DNA of 64,000 bases from Selaginella moellendorffii (lineage: Eukaryota > Plantae > Lycopodiophyta), in NCBI RefSeq assembly GCF_000143415.4, contig NW_003314272.1, positions 592,184 to 656,183 of the forward strand, given 5' to 3'. Of this stretch, positions 12,701 to 26,660 are shown piece by piece. Below the pieces are notes generated by a model. The model worked only from the letters and a program-made list of their open reading frames with translations, searched no databases and was not told the DNA's origin. Within the stretch, counting starts at the first letter, position 1. Each line of letters opens with the position of its first letter. Made by a program: the position numbers and the translations under genes.

Positions 12701-14016
12701 CCGCGATGAAAGGGATGCGTTTTTTACGCAAGTAATAAAAAGCCTCTTTACACTCTCCAGCGAAGAAGAAACCACAAAACCTAAGAAGAATGCCGAGTTA
12801 CCTGTGTTAGCGAAGGTTCCCAAGGTCGACAAAGGTCCAAGCGAGGCTGAGCTAAAAGCACAAGCCGAGGCTGAGGAGCATGCCATTCGTCGCTTGAGGA
12901 TGTGCTTGAGAGACGTCTGTAACAGGTACTCTGCCAGTATTTCCTCTTTTTTCTAAAGCCCTGTCCATGGTTTTACAGGCTTTTATATGAGAAACGTTTC
13001 AACATATTCCACTTCCCCGTGGAAGCCGAGGAAGTGCCAGACTACCATACGATCGTAAAGACGCCGATGGACGTGGCTACGCTGCTCCTCCGCGTAGATA
13101 AAGGCCACTACAGGACGCGCGCCGCCTTCATGCAAGACGTGGAGCTGATACCAGCCAGTGCAAAAGTAATTCCACTCGTTCTTTCCTCCTCGCTTGCGAG
13201 CTAACGTTGTGTGCAACAGAAATATCACGGCGAGGACTACAGCAATCACACCGCTGCTCGGATTGTTAGCCGGGCGTGTGCTTTGCGTGATGCGGTACGT
13301 AATCTCCTCCATTTGCAATTTTCTATTCGTCTCGATTCTTATCCCTGCTATTTTTCACAGGTCCAAGGCATGCTGTCCCAGATGGACCCGGAGCTGGTGG
13401 CGTATTGCGATAGAATAGCCAGCCAAAGCCAAAGCGGTAGCGCGGCGGCGGCCGCGGCGCCGCCAGACGAAGCTTCCAAGCGACCTGACAACAATCCGGG
13501 AACGCCACCGGAGCCTCAGCGATCGAGCGCGAGGCTACGAGGCATCCAACCGGATTTGAACCTCCCGGCCAACGGGAACGGTGACGAAGCTGGACCAGGC
13601 GGTAAAAAAAATCTCGTTTCTCTCTTCGTAAATATTGATCCAAGCTTGGATTGTGTTTGGCAGGAGGAGAGGAAGAAGCGTTACCATCAAACCATACCGA
13701 GGAGGCGGACGAGGAGGAGGAAAACGAAGAGAAGCCAACACCATCACCAATGGACGGTGGCGATCGCAAAGATGGCGAGCAAGACGACGAGCAACAGGGA
13801 GAGGGAGAGGGACAGTGGCTGTACGGGGTGGGCGAGGACAAGATCAAGGCAGTGAAGGCCAAGCTTTTACTCCACAGCGAGGCATTCACCGTGTCGGAGC
13901 TCGAGATGCTTTACGCCAGGCTCTGCGGAAGGATCCGGCAACAGCGACGCGGCCACCTCACGAGAAGTGCCATCCTCCAATCATTACAGGTGTTTGTGGA
14001 GGAGGAAATCGCCACC

Positions 14017-14047
<31 letters not shown>

Positions 14048-14094
14048 CATCGCCGCCACTTGTAGCCACTTTTAGAGATCATACACACTCGTAA
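9773..14094 (+). CDS. ATAD2: AAA+ ATPase/bromodomain protein (ATAD2/Yta7/BRAT1-like), multi-exon
   Basis: Acidic N-terminus, Walker A GPPGTGKT, Walker B FFDEID, SRH GATNRIDAIDGALRRPGRFDRE, a second degenerate AAA module, and a bromodomain (VPDYHTIVKTPMD). Short GT-AG introns link the ORFs. Confidence 0.95.
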
Positions 14095-14440
14095 TGAAAA
14101 CCATATACCAGCATATTCCAGGTATATTCATTGAATATCGTGGACCTTTTTCCGGGGGTTTGATAATGTACATGGATTGAGAGAAGCGAAGACATTTATC
14201 ACAAAAAGGTTTGCTCTTTTTACCTGGGAGCTCTTTTTTCTCTTCTTCGCGCCTTCCTCTTCCTTGCTTTTGTTCTTGCGTGTCTCTCTCTTTGTTCGCT
14301 CGAGAGCTCTCTTCCCGCTCGCTCGCTCGCTCGCCGCCGGGTGGTTTCGAGTATACATATCTTCCAGCCAGCCAGCCAGCTATCAAACGAAGAACCAGAA
14401 GAACTAGTAGAACTTCCTCCATCCCGCCATTTCTCTGTTT

Positions 14441-15722
14441 TTATGGCCTCAGCGCGCTTGCCGAAGATTGGCCGAGCAGACCCGGCGCTCCTCCGCTCGA
14501 GGCCACCGCCGCCGCCGCTGCTGCTGTGGACGCTACTGCCATTGGCGACGCGGCCACCAAAGGCATTGACGACGCCAACACTGCACCACCGTTCCCTCCG
14601 CCACCTCCGCCTCCTCCTCCTCCCTGCTGCTGGATCACTCCGCTCGAATTTACAAAGTTGGCTGCTGCCACCGCCGCCGCCACTGGATTCGACGCCGCCA
14701 GAGCTTGAGCTTGCGACGACGCGGCACCGCCGTTATCGACTCCGGCTGCTGTACACGACGCTGCTCCCACATAGCTCCCTTTGCCACCACCACCGCCACC
14801 ACCTCCTCCAGGGGTTCCAGGCGGATGCTGCTGCTGCTGCCTCCCAGGTGCCTGGCTCGAAAAGCTGGATACGGATGCCTTGTGTGGGGACGGCATCGAT
14901 GATGTGGACGGGATCGCTGGCGACCTCTCCGCTAATGGATTGGCATCTGTAAAAGACGAATCAGCAATGCGCACCACTGGGATCTCGCGTACCATTCTTT
15001 GAATCGGGCGTCTTCAGCGAGGCGGGTCCTCCTCCCGGATAGAAAGCGGCCGCCTGCAGCTGCTGCTGGTGGCTCGCACTTGGAGAGCCCGCCTGGTGCT
15101 GCAACACAGGCACCACAGTGCCGTTTACACGCTGCGGAGTGCCCGGCATGGAAGGCACGGACGACGCTCTAGAGCCTGGGGAAGCGGCAGGCTTGGACAT
15201 GGGGGCTTGGCCGAAACCGTTGTTGTCCATAACGCCACCACCGTTTTTGACAGGGGTCCCGTTGCTGCCTGATCCCAGGGACAGGCTTTGCGATCCCAGC
15301 GACAGCCCGTTTGTGGATGGAGAACCCGCGCCCTGTAGCTGGAACTGCGGTGCCTGAGGAAGCTGTTGCTGCTGCTGCGCAAGTCCTTGCTGCTGTTGTT
15401 GCTGCTGCTGCTGCTGCAAGTACTGCTGATGGAGGAACATCTGGTTTTGACGTAGCTGATGCTTCTGGTTCGCGTGCTGCTGCAGCTGGCTCATGTGAGG
15501 AGAATGCTGAGGTGACGACTGCAAAGGTTGCTGCGGCAATTGTTGTTGTTGTTGCTGCTGCTGCTGCATGCCTTTCGATGATGGTTGATTTTGTGGCGCT
15601 GCATTAGGCATCGCTGGACCATTAGGCGACCGCTTCCCAGGTAACACTGCTGCTGGCTTGTGTGGAGGATACGTAGCTTTGCTCGCGTTCTTCTGGTTGA
15701 CAGAGCCTTGTTGCTGCTGTTG

Positions 15723-15764
<42 letters not shown>

Positions 15765-18700
15765 CGATGCTACCGATGGCGAACCTGGAGCTGGACTTCC
15801 AGGCGGAAGCCTCTGCGAGGGTGAAGAGCTTTGTGGGCTTCGAGCAGGTTGTACTTGGTTCTTCGACATGGCAGCAGCTATTACCGACGCACCAGGTACG
15901 GCTGCTACCGACGGCCTCTGCGAAAGCTTCAGCTGTGGATGCTGCGACACCACCTGGTTTTGTTTCGAGGTCGCTTGCATGGCAGCCATTCCACCCTGGG
16001 CTGGAAACGGCATTCCATTGCCGGAGTTCCTATTCAACGAAGATCGATCATTGAAGGACGCTACCGGTGACCCCGAAGTAGCTGGCGGGGCTTTTGCTCT
16101 CGCAGCAGCAGCCGCCGCTTGTTTCATGTTCTGGTTGACGGGCTGTTGTTGCAAAGGAGCAGCACCAGACTGAGTTTGATGAAGACGTGATGACACCGAC
16201 CCCGCAGGCAGGAGATTCATTGCGGCATTTGCCATTCGAGATGAAGAGCTGCCACTCGTCGGAGATGCTTGCATGGGTAGCGCTTCAAGGTCGACTCTGG
16301 AGATTGGTGCCGACCGTTTAGCCGCAAGCTTTCTCTCGTCAACGCTGGTCTGATTGTTCCCTTCATATAGTTCATCGACCCTCAGAGAACGAGGCTGCCC
16401 GGCCTGCATTGCGTGCAAATGAGTCTGCGTCTGACCATGTGGATGCATCCTTCCTTGATCTGCCATACCTTGAAGTACTGTATGGCCTTGCGGGGCCATT
16501 ACAGCAGCAACCGAAGCAAGTCCGAGTGGGCCTGGTCCAACTGACCCCCGGGAGGCAGCCGAAGATCCATGAACTTGCGACGCCTGCGACTCCATTCCTT
16601 TCAAACTCATATGCAAGGACGCATTTGCATGTTGTCCCGCCTGCGATGGAACTCCCGGATGTTGTTGAACTGAGCCCGGCTGCAGCTTTCCTACGTGTTT
16701 ACCGCCCAACGAGGAGAAGTCCTGGCATCCATCTGGTCCGACCACAACCGGAGGCGTCGCAGTTCCATTACTTGACGTTTGCTGGGAGAACATAAGGCGT
16801 TGCAGCATTTTGTTGTCGCCAGCTTCCCTGCAATCTTTTTCACCCGGTAAAGCTCCTGCCAGGCTCGAACTATACGCTGACGATGAAAGTTGCTGCTGTT
16901 GAGAACCCCCCAAAGCGGAGAAAACACGGCCACCCTGTTGCGGTTTTTGAGACTGGCCCTGCTGCTGTTGCACAAGATGCGGGGCATAGAATGGATTGTT
17001 CACAAATTGAGCTGCCTGCACATAAAAGAATATCAGTCGCAAAACCAACGAAAGAGATAATGGACCTGTTGGGTGAGACTTTGTGCTCCGTTGAAATTAT
17101 GGGAGCCGAAATGAGACGTCGGAAACGGGAATGGGAAAGGATTATGCTGCATTACTGCCTGAAAAAACTGAGCTTGCGCAGCCATTGATGCCACACTGCT
17201 GCTTCCAGTTCCGGAAACACTCGAGTTTCCTGATCCGTTGCCATTGCTACCTGGCATCAAGCCTGATGACCCCGCGGATCCTGAGGCATTAGTTGGCAGA
17301 CCCTGACTAACAGGAAATCCAAAGGCTGGACTCTGTTACGAAAATGCTTGTTAGGATGTTACTAAATCAAATGGCACATACTTGAACATGTTGCTGCTGT
17401 TGTTGCGCAGGATGCTTTCTATAAAGCGTGTCCATAAATGGTCCTGCCTTGGATTGTTGCGTATTTCTCTCGAGTGCAAGCCCAGAAGAAACGCTAGAGC
17501 CCATTCCACTAGCTGAAGGAAGAATACCGCCATTTGCGAAGACAGCATCAGCAGGAATGTTGAGATTGTACGGCTTTCCTCCATAGCTTAAGGTTGCTGC
17601 CATTAAGGAGTGTCGAGCCACTTGCTGTTGAAGATCAATAAACCGGGCGATAAAAACGTGAATAGCGCAACGTTTCCACGTATGACGACCGCTTAGATAT
17701 GGCATTATCTGATTAAAGACAGCACATTTGAAATCAAAACGCTTCAAAATAGTGGTTCTATCGTACCTGTGGATGCGAAGCATTGTTTTCTTCGGTAGAA
17801 GTACCGGTAAGTGCTGCTGCTTGAGCAGCTGCAGCCGCAACAGCCGAGGGAGGAGGGGCATAGTAACTGCAAAGAACTCAGCAAGAGATGAGAATTTAGA
17901 GTTTCTAAGAAAACATACCCTGCAGGCCAATTCGCCCGAGCAGGCGCGGTGTGGCTAGTACCAGTAGTCGCATTTAGGAATGATGATGCAGCAGACACTA
18001 CAGCCGCGGAAACTGAGAAGTAAAACGATCACAAACGTAGATTGAAGAGAAGGATTACGAGCCTACCTGATCGATCCGCCTTCTGTGAGTTCTTTGCATC
18101 GACCTTGAGGCCTTTGGTGGATCTCATACCCACCATTCCTTGCTTATTGAGGTCTAAAAATTCCCTCTCATCTTTTACTTGCGGTTCGGCCTCCTTCCTC
18201 GTATCGCTTTCATCTAATTTCTGATCCCGCTGCTCCTCTTTATCTTTTTCCTTCAACCTCTCTCGCTCTTCTAGCCAGTATAGTTCAGCCGTGCCGCCAG
18301 CTTGAACGTCCATCTGCATTTTAAACAAGGTCAGCGAGCAGTTTCGCCTGTTCCCACTTACATTTTCCTTGCGATCCGTATCAGAACTCTCCATATCATT
18401 TTGCCTATCATTTTGCAAAGATGTCGATGGAGGGGCCTTAAGAAAATGCTGTGTTAGAACGTAGGAAGCAACACAACAAAGTAATTCTTACCATAAGATC
18501 AATTTCAAATTTCGCCGGCCTGTTTTCGCCAGATGAAAACTTCCTGCAGAATAACATAAGCAGATTAAAAAAACAATAGCGTGAGAAAACACATACCGCT
18601 TATTCAGATCCGCATTAGCGTTCGTTACTGTTTCGGCACTCTTTCGCTCGGCCAAGCTCGTCTTCACCTCAGGTGCGATGTCAGCCTTCTTCAATTCAGT

Positions 18701-20330
18701 ATCACAAGGCTCAGCAGCTTGAGCCGACGCCGATACCGGGGTCCCTGCAAGACTTGGAGCAGAAGTGCCGGTTAACTTGGAAAAGTTATCGATTTTCCTC
18801 TCGTTCCGAGCTCCTTGCTCATGTTCCCTGCCCAGTGAAACAACCCCCACGCGCCCTCCAGGTGCCGAGCCTCCTTCATCCGATCGTGGCCTTATGCGAG
18901 GCCGTTTTCTTCGAGGTGCTGAAACAGAGCATGCTGTACTTAAGTCCTCAGATTTTTGCACACGAGAAAATAACGACGTACCTTCAGCAGGGTGTGATGT
19001 TACATTATTGAGAGAGGGAGGGGATAAAGGAGTTCCAGGCTGAGCGGGGGAGGACGCGGCTTTAGCAGGAGAAGCGGAAACTTTATCCAACTTCGCTTCC
19101 GCCCGAGAATCCATCTTGTTGTTCTCGCTCTTTTGGAGATTAGGCACCATTCTAGCCAAATCGAATAGAGCCTCGGCAACTTCGACCTCCTGCTCGGATA
19201 TTGGAGCAGGCGAGGACTGTAGAAACAAAGATGACTGGGAATCAATCCAGAAGCCAAGCCGCTAGAGGAGCCATTTCTTACCTTCGGTGCTTTTGCTGGC
19301 CGTGGTTTTGACCCATTTGGTTTCTGCACAACACGTCTGACAGCGTTAGACCCCCTGACAGCCCAGAAAGTAGATCTTCACGGGAGAGTAAAATTTCGAC
19401 CATACCATTCGACGGCCGGGCTTCCCAGCTCCGCCACTCGTATACGTAGAAGAAGGAATGTTAGGAGTTGCCGTGGGAGAGGAAGAGTGATGGGATGTGG
19501 CATTTGGCAGCTGTGGAGACTCGTGGTGTCGCTTCACGATTGCTGTGCAGAGCAAAACAAGAGAAGATCATCAGCCACTGCCCAGCAAACGGATCAAAGC
19601 TCCTACCAGAGCGAGCTTTACGAGGAACCGCTGGAAGATCTAATCCAATGCCCTCTTCCTGCCAAAAAAGGATCCGTCGTGAGCAAAGCAAAAGAGCGGC
19701 AGAGCGTCCACTTCTCTCCACACCTTGGAGCTCGGCCTTGGCTTCCCAGGCCACCGAGGAATAGTTGGAGGAGGGGGATCATCGTCCTCTTCGGTCGCTC
19801 CATCCGTGTCATCCGAGCTCTCCTCCGCCTCATCCACCGCGCTGGGCGCCGGCGCCTCTTGCCGCTTTCGCTTGTTCCGCAGCGTTGCTCCAGAGGAGAC
19901 GACCGACACTAGGCTGTCCTTCTTGATCCTCTCGCGCAGCCTGGAATTCTGGACCTCGTCTATCATTTCGTCGTCGTCATGAACTGCGAGAAGATCGATT
20001 TCCCAGTTAGATGGAACCCAAATTGTACCGCATCGCGCAAGCAAGCCACAGATCTATCGATGGAGGCCATCGAACAGAGAAGCACGCTAAATGCTGCACG
20101 ATCTCTCTAAACAAATTCAAGGCATCGAGTCAGTGCCAAAGAGGCAAGAAAGCAAACGAGAGAAGAAGAATGGCAAGAACACACAAAGGATTTGCAGCCA
20201 AAATTGCCCATTGCCAGGAATGGCTTTCCTGACCTGGAGAGTCTTTGAAGCCAGTCGTGCGAGGCCGCCGAGGGGCAGAAACTGGGCCACTACTGCCTGT
20301 TCTTCGCCCTTCTCTTGCTCTGTCCATCAT
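14441..20330 (-). CDS. TIC: TIME FOR COFFEE-like circadian/nuclear regulator, multi-exon, Q/S/P-rich
   Basis: MDRAREGRR start, RLRER, VPRKARS, ISEQEVEVAEALFDLARM, KFEIDLM/APP and CAIHVFIARFI motifs. Last intron is 14947-14992 (46 nt), joining KN-D-ANPLAE in frame. Confidence 0.88.
15708..15761 (-). repeat. CAG/CAA polyglutamine tract (~18 Q) in TIC
   Basis: (TGC)n run on the + strand, read as KQ18G. Confidence 0.95.
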
Positions 20331-22926
20331 AGCGCTTGAATCTAAGGAGGACGAAAAAGAAGAAGAAAAAAAACTAGCCCCCGTCAAAACTGAAGAACCG
20401 GTGGCCAAGAACACCACAAGAAGAGATGCATCGGCGAACTCTCTCCCTTTTCTGGAATTCCTTCACCGCTGCCAGGACGCCCTCTGGACATGGAAGCCAT
20501 GCCGATTTGCCGTCACAATCTCCCCATGAATTCGCTTCCAATCTTTTTCCTCCCTGAAAATTTCGAGGCCGACGAATGCTTTCGAGGCCCGGTGGAGGAA
20601 ATCCGTCAAGAAACTGAATTAGCCCCTGCCAATGCTCCTCATCGCGGCAGAGAATCCCCTGGCTGGCCCCGAAAGAAAAGAATTCCACACCATGCGGCAA
20701 CAAGAAGCAAGAAACTGGAGAGAATATCAACAAGAAGCTTCCGATGGAGGCGTGCCGCCGCTGCTGCCGCCGGATCCAAGCCTCGCCAATTCGGGGCCTT
20801 AGCAGCGAGCACTCTGCCGCTCGCTCCTCCCCGCTACAAATCTCGAATCGCTCGCTGGCGCTGCTGCTGATGCGCCGAGATTCACAGATCAAACCCTAGC
20901 GCGCCGATGCCTGCCAGAGATTGATGCTTCCCCAGGACGCTCTTGATCAAGAGATTCCTAACCTAGGAGGAGAATGAATGAATGGGGAGAGAAGGCGGAG
21001 GGAGAAGAGAAATGAGAGATGAGTGGGCTACACAACACAAAACCAAGCGCAGCCCAAGGCAAACAAAGAGCGGAGGAGAGAAAGACCACACACACACTGG
21101 TCTGCCATGCCAGGTCTGGCGGTGCTGGACGTGACCCGGTTCGGAACAGCCTCGTGACCAGCTCCGGTAACAAGGTTCGGCTCTACCCACACCTAGAAAA
21201 AGAACCTCCCTTGTACGGATAAACGCGTACGGTTATGCTGGGTAAATGTCCCTCGGGCCTCCAAAGATCACGCTTTTACCTGATGCTGGAGTAATAAGGC
21301 GCAAGGTTTTTGGTGTTACTTTGTAAATGCCCAAGGAGCAAAGGCCACGTGTACAACTAGGGAATTGATATGCAGGAAGAAATTTTTTTGACAATGAGTG
21401 CTTGCCCAACAAAACAAGATTTCTACCTAATTGCAGTAGCTACCAGCTGAAATTTAAAAAACAAATCCATGTAGCAGACAATATTGACAAAATGCCCCAT
21501 CCATCCATGCCAGGCCCCGGGGTTAAAGTGAAGGGAAAAAAAAGAATCCTCGCGAGGAAACGACAGGTGGCCACATCCCATGGGCTCTTTTTATTTTGTA
21601 AAAACCGGTCAATAGAACTGTTTCAAAATTCCGGTAGATAAAAGTAGCATCCACCGTCCGCCTTCCGCCACGTAAGATCCACATCGGCCGCTAGGTCCGG
21701 CGCCGAGCCTCCACCCCTGGTAGTTAAAAACTAAGCACGGGTTTAGAAGCCACGTGCGAGGGCGCGCGCCTTGGGCCGTCCACTTGGCAGCAATCGAAAC
21801 CGCTCAATCGGCCAATTCATAAAAGTAACTGTATCTTGTTCGACTCAAGAGGTGTGCCGTCAATGTCTTTCGCATTTTTGAAGCTTATAGGGAGAACTCC
21901 CCCCATCCGTACTTGCTAAATTCCTTCATCTCGAGGCGTACGGCATTGTGTTATCCGTGATATGGTGGGCCACGAGCCTTGGCGTGAATGAGATCAATCG
22001 AAGAGCCTGAGGGAACTCAAGTCAATTTCCACAAGGGAAGCGGATATACCTATAAAAGCTATAGCATATGAATACATGAATTACCATGAGGAAAAAAACA
22101 ATGCTTGAGATCAAGATCGATACGGTGCCAGCTCTTGCGCTTTTCCGGTGGAGATAGAGAGAGAGTGTAGGAATCTTAAGAGAATCTGGGGGATGCTTGT
22201 GGATGGATGGGTCGTCCATGAGATCCGAACTCGGAGTGGGAGAAAGCGTGGCTCACCTGGGACCCACCACATTTGCCTTTTCACTTAAAATCTAACGGTG
22301 ACTCCCTGCCCAATTTGCTGCCGTCTGATGCCGCCCCCGTGGACGGCGCAGATGTGTCCATGTCAGCCAGCCACTTCTCAGATCGGCGGTTTTAATATTT
22401 CCACGCTACGTCCGTCAAAAGTGGCCACGAACCCGATTAGTAACCAGATGCAGGGCCTGGCAGCCGTCGGATCCACGGCTTGGATGGCCCAGATGTCTCG
22501 CTCCGCGTGTAGATGAGGTCACAACCCCGGGCCTCATTGTCCATGCGTCCGGACCTCGGAAAAGATCTCTGGGTCTCCAGCTAGGTCCGGAACCGGGGCT
22601 GCGTATGTAATCGACATCGCTGCGTGCTACATTGCGTCGAAATCGTTGCGGCTGATTTGGCTGTCTCTACGCAAATTGCACTGGTGAGTATATTTTTTCT
22701 CCTTTTGCTGTCTGGCAAGGTGTTCAAGACCAGGGAGAAAAAGAATCCCGTCATCCTTTAGTGCTTAAAAACCTTTACTCTTTTTTATAACCAAACAATG
22801 TGATATGGTCTCTGATTCCCTTGATCGCTTCAAAAGGTGGTGTTGGAGTCTTAGAGGGAAACATAATGTACAAAGATAAGATTAGTGCCTGGTATATATA
22901 AGAGCGTTGAGCTATTTACTCGTCCC

Positions 22927-24682
22927 TCAATACCGGCTATAAGGGTGGTACCGGCCCGTGCTGCTGCTAGCATGGCTCCTGCTGTTACTGTGACCATAAC
23001 CACCGCCGCTACCACCGTAGTTACCAGAGGCATAACCACTCCCGTAGCCACCGTAGCCGCTGTATCCCATGCCAGCGTACCCGTCATCATAAGCACCTCC
23101 ATATCCACCAACGCCGTAGGATCCCATGTATCCCCCGCCCATTGATCCCCCGCCGTAGGATCCCACGCCAATACCACCGTAACTTCCACCGTAACTCCCA
23201 CTGTAGCCAGCGTAGTACAAGCCCGCGCCTCGGCTTCCATAGCCACCGCTGCCGGTCCGGTAGGAGGTGCCGTAGCTGCCGCCCAGGGCGTAGTCGCCGT
23301 ACCCATAGTGGCCACCGCCACCGGAGCTTCCGTACCCACCACCACGACTGATTGGGCCATAGCCGCCACCACCACCACTGTCCTGCATTGCCTTCTTTGG
23401 CTCTGCTTTCTTAATTTCCACCTGCGAGAACAAAGCGTAAAAACAATGATGTTAGACCATAAAACAAAGAATTTTGAGGAACATCGAGCATCGACGAGGC
23501 GCAGGAATATCTCCCGTGGGAGTTTTAAAAGAGAGAGGGGGGATGATATGCCTCCCTGCTGCTGCAGTGCTTGGATCGTTCCATCTAAAAAAACTGGCAA
23601 GTGAGAAATTTAATGCCTGGGTTACCTGTTTGCCTCCAAGCTCGTGCATCCTTCCGTGTGAGAGCACGTCTTCGACAGTTTGCTCGCTGTCGAATACTAT
23701 GAATCCAAAGCCGCGAGATCTCCCGGTGTTGTGATCCTGCATGATTTGGTGCTCGATCACATTGCCAAAGCTGGAGAAGTAAGCCTTGAATTCCTCTGGA
23801 AAGAGCAGAAGCAGGCAATGTGAGAACTGAATGTCGCGTCTTGAAGATGTGACCGACCTTCTGTGATGGAGGGAGGAATCCCTCCTACAAAGATCTTCTT
23901 TGTCTTTGGACCCTTGACGACAAGCATGCTTTCGCGAGGTATAGATCTCTTGCATTCAACCTGGGAAGGAAAAACCACGCAGATTGGAAAAAAGAAGCTC
24001 GCGGTATACAAAGAACTTACAGTCCTGCCGTCCAAAACATGCTTGTCTCGCAACACTCGATCGCAAACATCCGAATCCGCAAACGTTACGAATCCGAAGC
24101 CGCGGGGATTCCCACTACTCCGGTCCCTCATGATCACTGCATCCGTGATCTCCCCATACTTTTTGAAGTGACTTTCGAGCTTCTCTGCAACCAACGCAGC
24201 TCTCAACCATAAATCCGGAAACCAACATGTGATAAAAAAGAAGAAAACGTCAACAAACCTGTGGTTGTATCCCATGATAGCCCGCCGATGAAAATCTTCC
24301 CGTTTCCTCTATCATAGGAAATGGGACGGTTATTAAGTTAGCTATGTCTCAAGACCACTCCTACGCTATATACAAGACACTCGCTAGAGGAAGAACTAAG
24401 ATCAAACTAGAAGAACCATGAACCAAAGGAAAATCTAGAGCGAAGGAAGGCTGGACCAACAACTAACCCTGCACTGGACGTTCTCTCTGTGTGTCCGTTG
24501 GCTGAATCATCTCCATGGGTGTCTACCTGAGCATCTTCGTTGAGCAAATCCCTATGGTGATGGTGCCTGGAATCCCTGGAATCCCCGTCCTGAAACGACG
24601 CGAGATCGTCGCCCTGATCCAGTGGCGAATCGGACCGATCCAGATCGTCGTGAACAGGCTGCTCCGAATCAGAGCCGGCCAT
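22927..24682 (-). CDS. hnRNP A/B-type RNA-binding protein: 2 RRMs + Gly/Tyr-rich C-terminus
   Basis: RNP2 KIFIGGL and KIFVGGI, RNP1 RGFGFVTF and RGFGFIVF, VEIKKAEPKK, GY-rich tail ending RYHPYSRY (PY-NLS-like). Confidence 0.93.
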
Positions 24683-25044
24683 GGAGAGAGGAGGAGAGCG
24701 GCAAGAGACGAGGAATCGGGAAATTCTTGCCTAAAATGTGCGTGAAATTTCCACTCGCTACGATCTGGATTCCTGTTCCAAGACACCTGATCTGACCTCG
24801 ACGCACTACTCAATCCCCTCGTCCCTCCTCCTACAAATCCAAGCAAAATGCCGGCCCGGGGAGCGAAGATCCAAGAGGCGCGCGCGCGCTTGGCGGATGC
24901 TTGCTCGCGCCCACGCAAAGAAGGCAAGAAAATGCGTCGCCCTATTCTTCGGATCCCTCACTTCTCGCCAGGCATTTTACCCTTATGACATGCTGGCACT
25001 AAAGTATATTGTCCACGTCACACATTTTAGGGTTCTATAGGGGG
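24683..25044. promoter_or_regulatory. Short head-to-head (bidirectional) promoter region
   Basis: 362 bp between divergent start codons. Telo-box-like TTTAGGGTT at ~25026. Confidence 0.6.
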
Positions 25045-26566
25045 ATGGAGAGCTCTGTGAAGCTGTGGATCGCGAGCGCGCTTCTTCGTCTAGCTTTGAT
25101 CGCTTACGGCGAGTGGCAAGATTCCCACCTGGAGGTTCCCTATTCCGATGTGGATTACACTGTCTTCTCCGATGCTGCGGCGTTCATGGCGCAAGGGCGA
25201 TCGCCATTTCTCCGCGATACCTATCGCTACTCGCCGCTGCTGGCAATGCTGCTGCTTCCCAATGTGTGGATCCATCGCTGCTGGGGGAAGATCTTGTTCT
25301 CGGTCGCAGGTAGCGTAATCCTCTCCTCTCCTAGCTTGTTCTTGTGCTAATCGATCGACAACAGGCTGAAGCCCTTGGATCGTTGCAGATTTACTGGCCG
25401 GGAGCTTGATCTATCGCTTGCTGCGGTTGCAAGGAATCGCTGAGGGTGTTGCTATCGCCTGTGCTGCGGTCTTTCTTCTCAATCCTTTCACATTCACGAT
25501 TGGTACGAGAGGGAATTGCGAGGCGCTGCCATGCGCTGTGGTTCTCTGGACTGTGATCTTGCTTTTGCAAGGTGAGTGGTTTCTTTCTCTTGTAGTTCTT
25601 GGTTTTATTCCTCGCCTTTGTTCTTTGGTTGGAGTTCTTTACGTGTTCTTTACTTGCTTGGAGGTTTTCTTCTTGTCTTGAAACTTTTTGTTCTTATTCC
25701 ATTCTTGTTTTTCCAGGCCGCAACCTCCAAGCCGCATTTTGGTATGGATTGGTCGTCCATTTTCGGATCTATCCCATCATCTACGCGCTGCCTTTCGTCC
25801 TCTTCCTCAATGCTAGAGCATCCGAGACAACATCCAAGCAAGCTGCTAGCTCCAAGTCGATGATGATCCTCGCAAAGCTCGTAAGTCGCGACAGTCTCTC
25901 CTTCGGTCTAACTTCTGGGGCCGTGTTCCTGGCGCTCACGCTCGCGTCCTACGCGCTCTACGGCGCCAGCTTCCTCAACGAGGCACTGCTCTACCACCTC
26001 ACTCGCACCGATCCTAGGCACAACTTTTCGATCTACTTTTACTCGATCTATCTCCGCCAGAGCTCGAGCATCACGCTGCTGGACCGCCTCGCCTCCTTCG
26101 CCCCGCAGATGCTCGTCCAGACCGTCTTCGCGGCCGCGTATCACGATGATCTCCCGCTGTGTCTCTTCGCCCAGACAGCCGCGTTTGTAGCATTCAACAA
26201 GGTAAGTTCCTTGTCACCATTTTTTTTCTTCGTTGGTTCGTTGGTTTCTTGTTTCTGAGCTTTGGATTTCGTGTGTAGGTTGTCACAGCCCAATACTTCG
26301 TTTGGTTTTTCACCCTCTTGCCGCTTGTCTTGCCATTCACGGGGCTAAAGTTCTTTTGGGGAGGCTCTTTGTGCATTGCAGTGTGGACAGTGTCGCAGCT
26401 CCACTGGTTAGCGTGGGCGTATTTGCTGGAATTTAAAGGGAGGAACGTCTTCTTCCAGCTCTGGATCTCCAGCATCGTGTTCTTCGTCGCAAACGTCTTT
26501 GTTTTGTCCATGCTCTTGTATCATCACCATAACGCCACGAAGGAACAAAAGCTTAAAGCCATTTAA
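25045..26566 (+). CDS. PIGM: GPI mannosyltransferase I (PIG-M / PEANUT1)
   Basis: YGEWQD, YSDVDY (DxD), [58 protein letters not shown] and C-terminal KxKxx-like ER motif. Four exons. Confidence 0.96.
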
Positions 26567-26660
26567 TAGGTGGATGATCGCAAGGTTTTCCCTCTCTTTT
26601 TTCTTTTCCCTCTCTCCCTCCATTAGGGCTCCTCGAGTTTTAGGGTTGAGGCGCGAGAGG

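Noticed and set aside
15658-16173. Poly-Cys ORF
   Set aside because: Antisense reading of the TIC polyQ tract.
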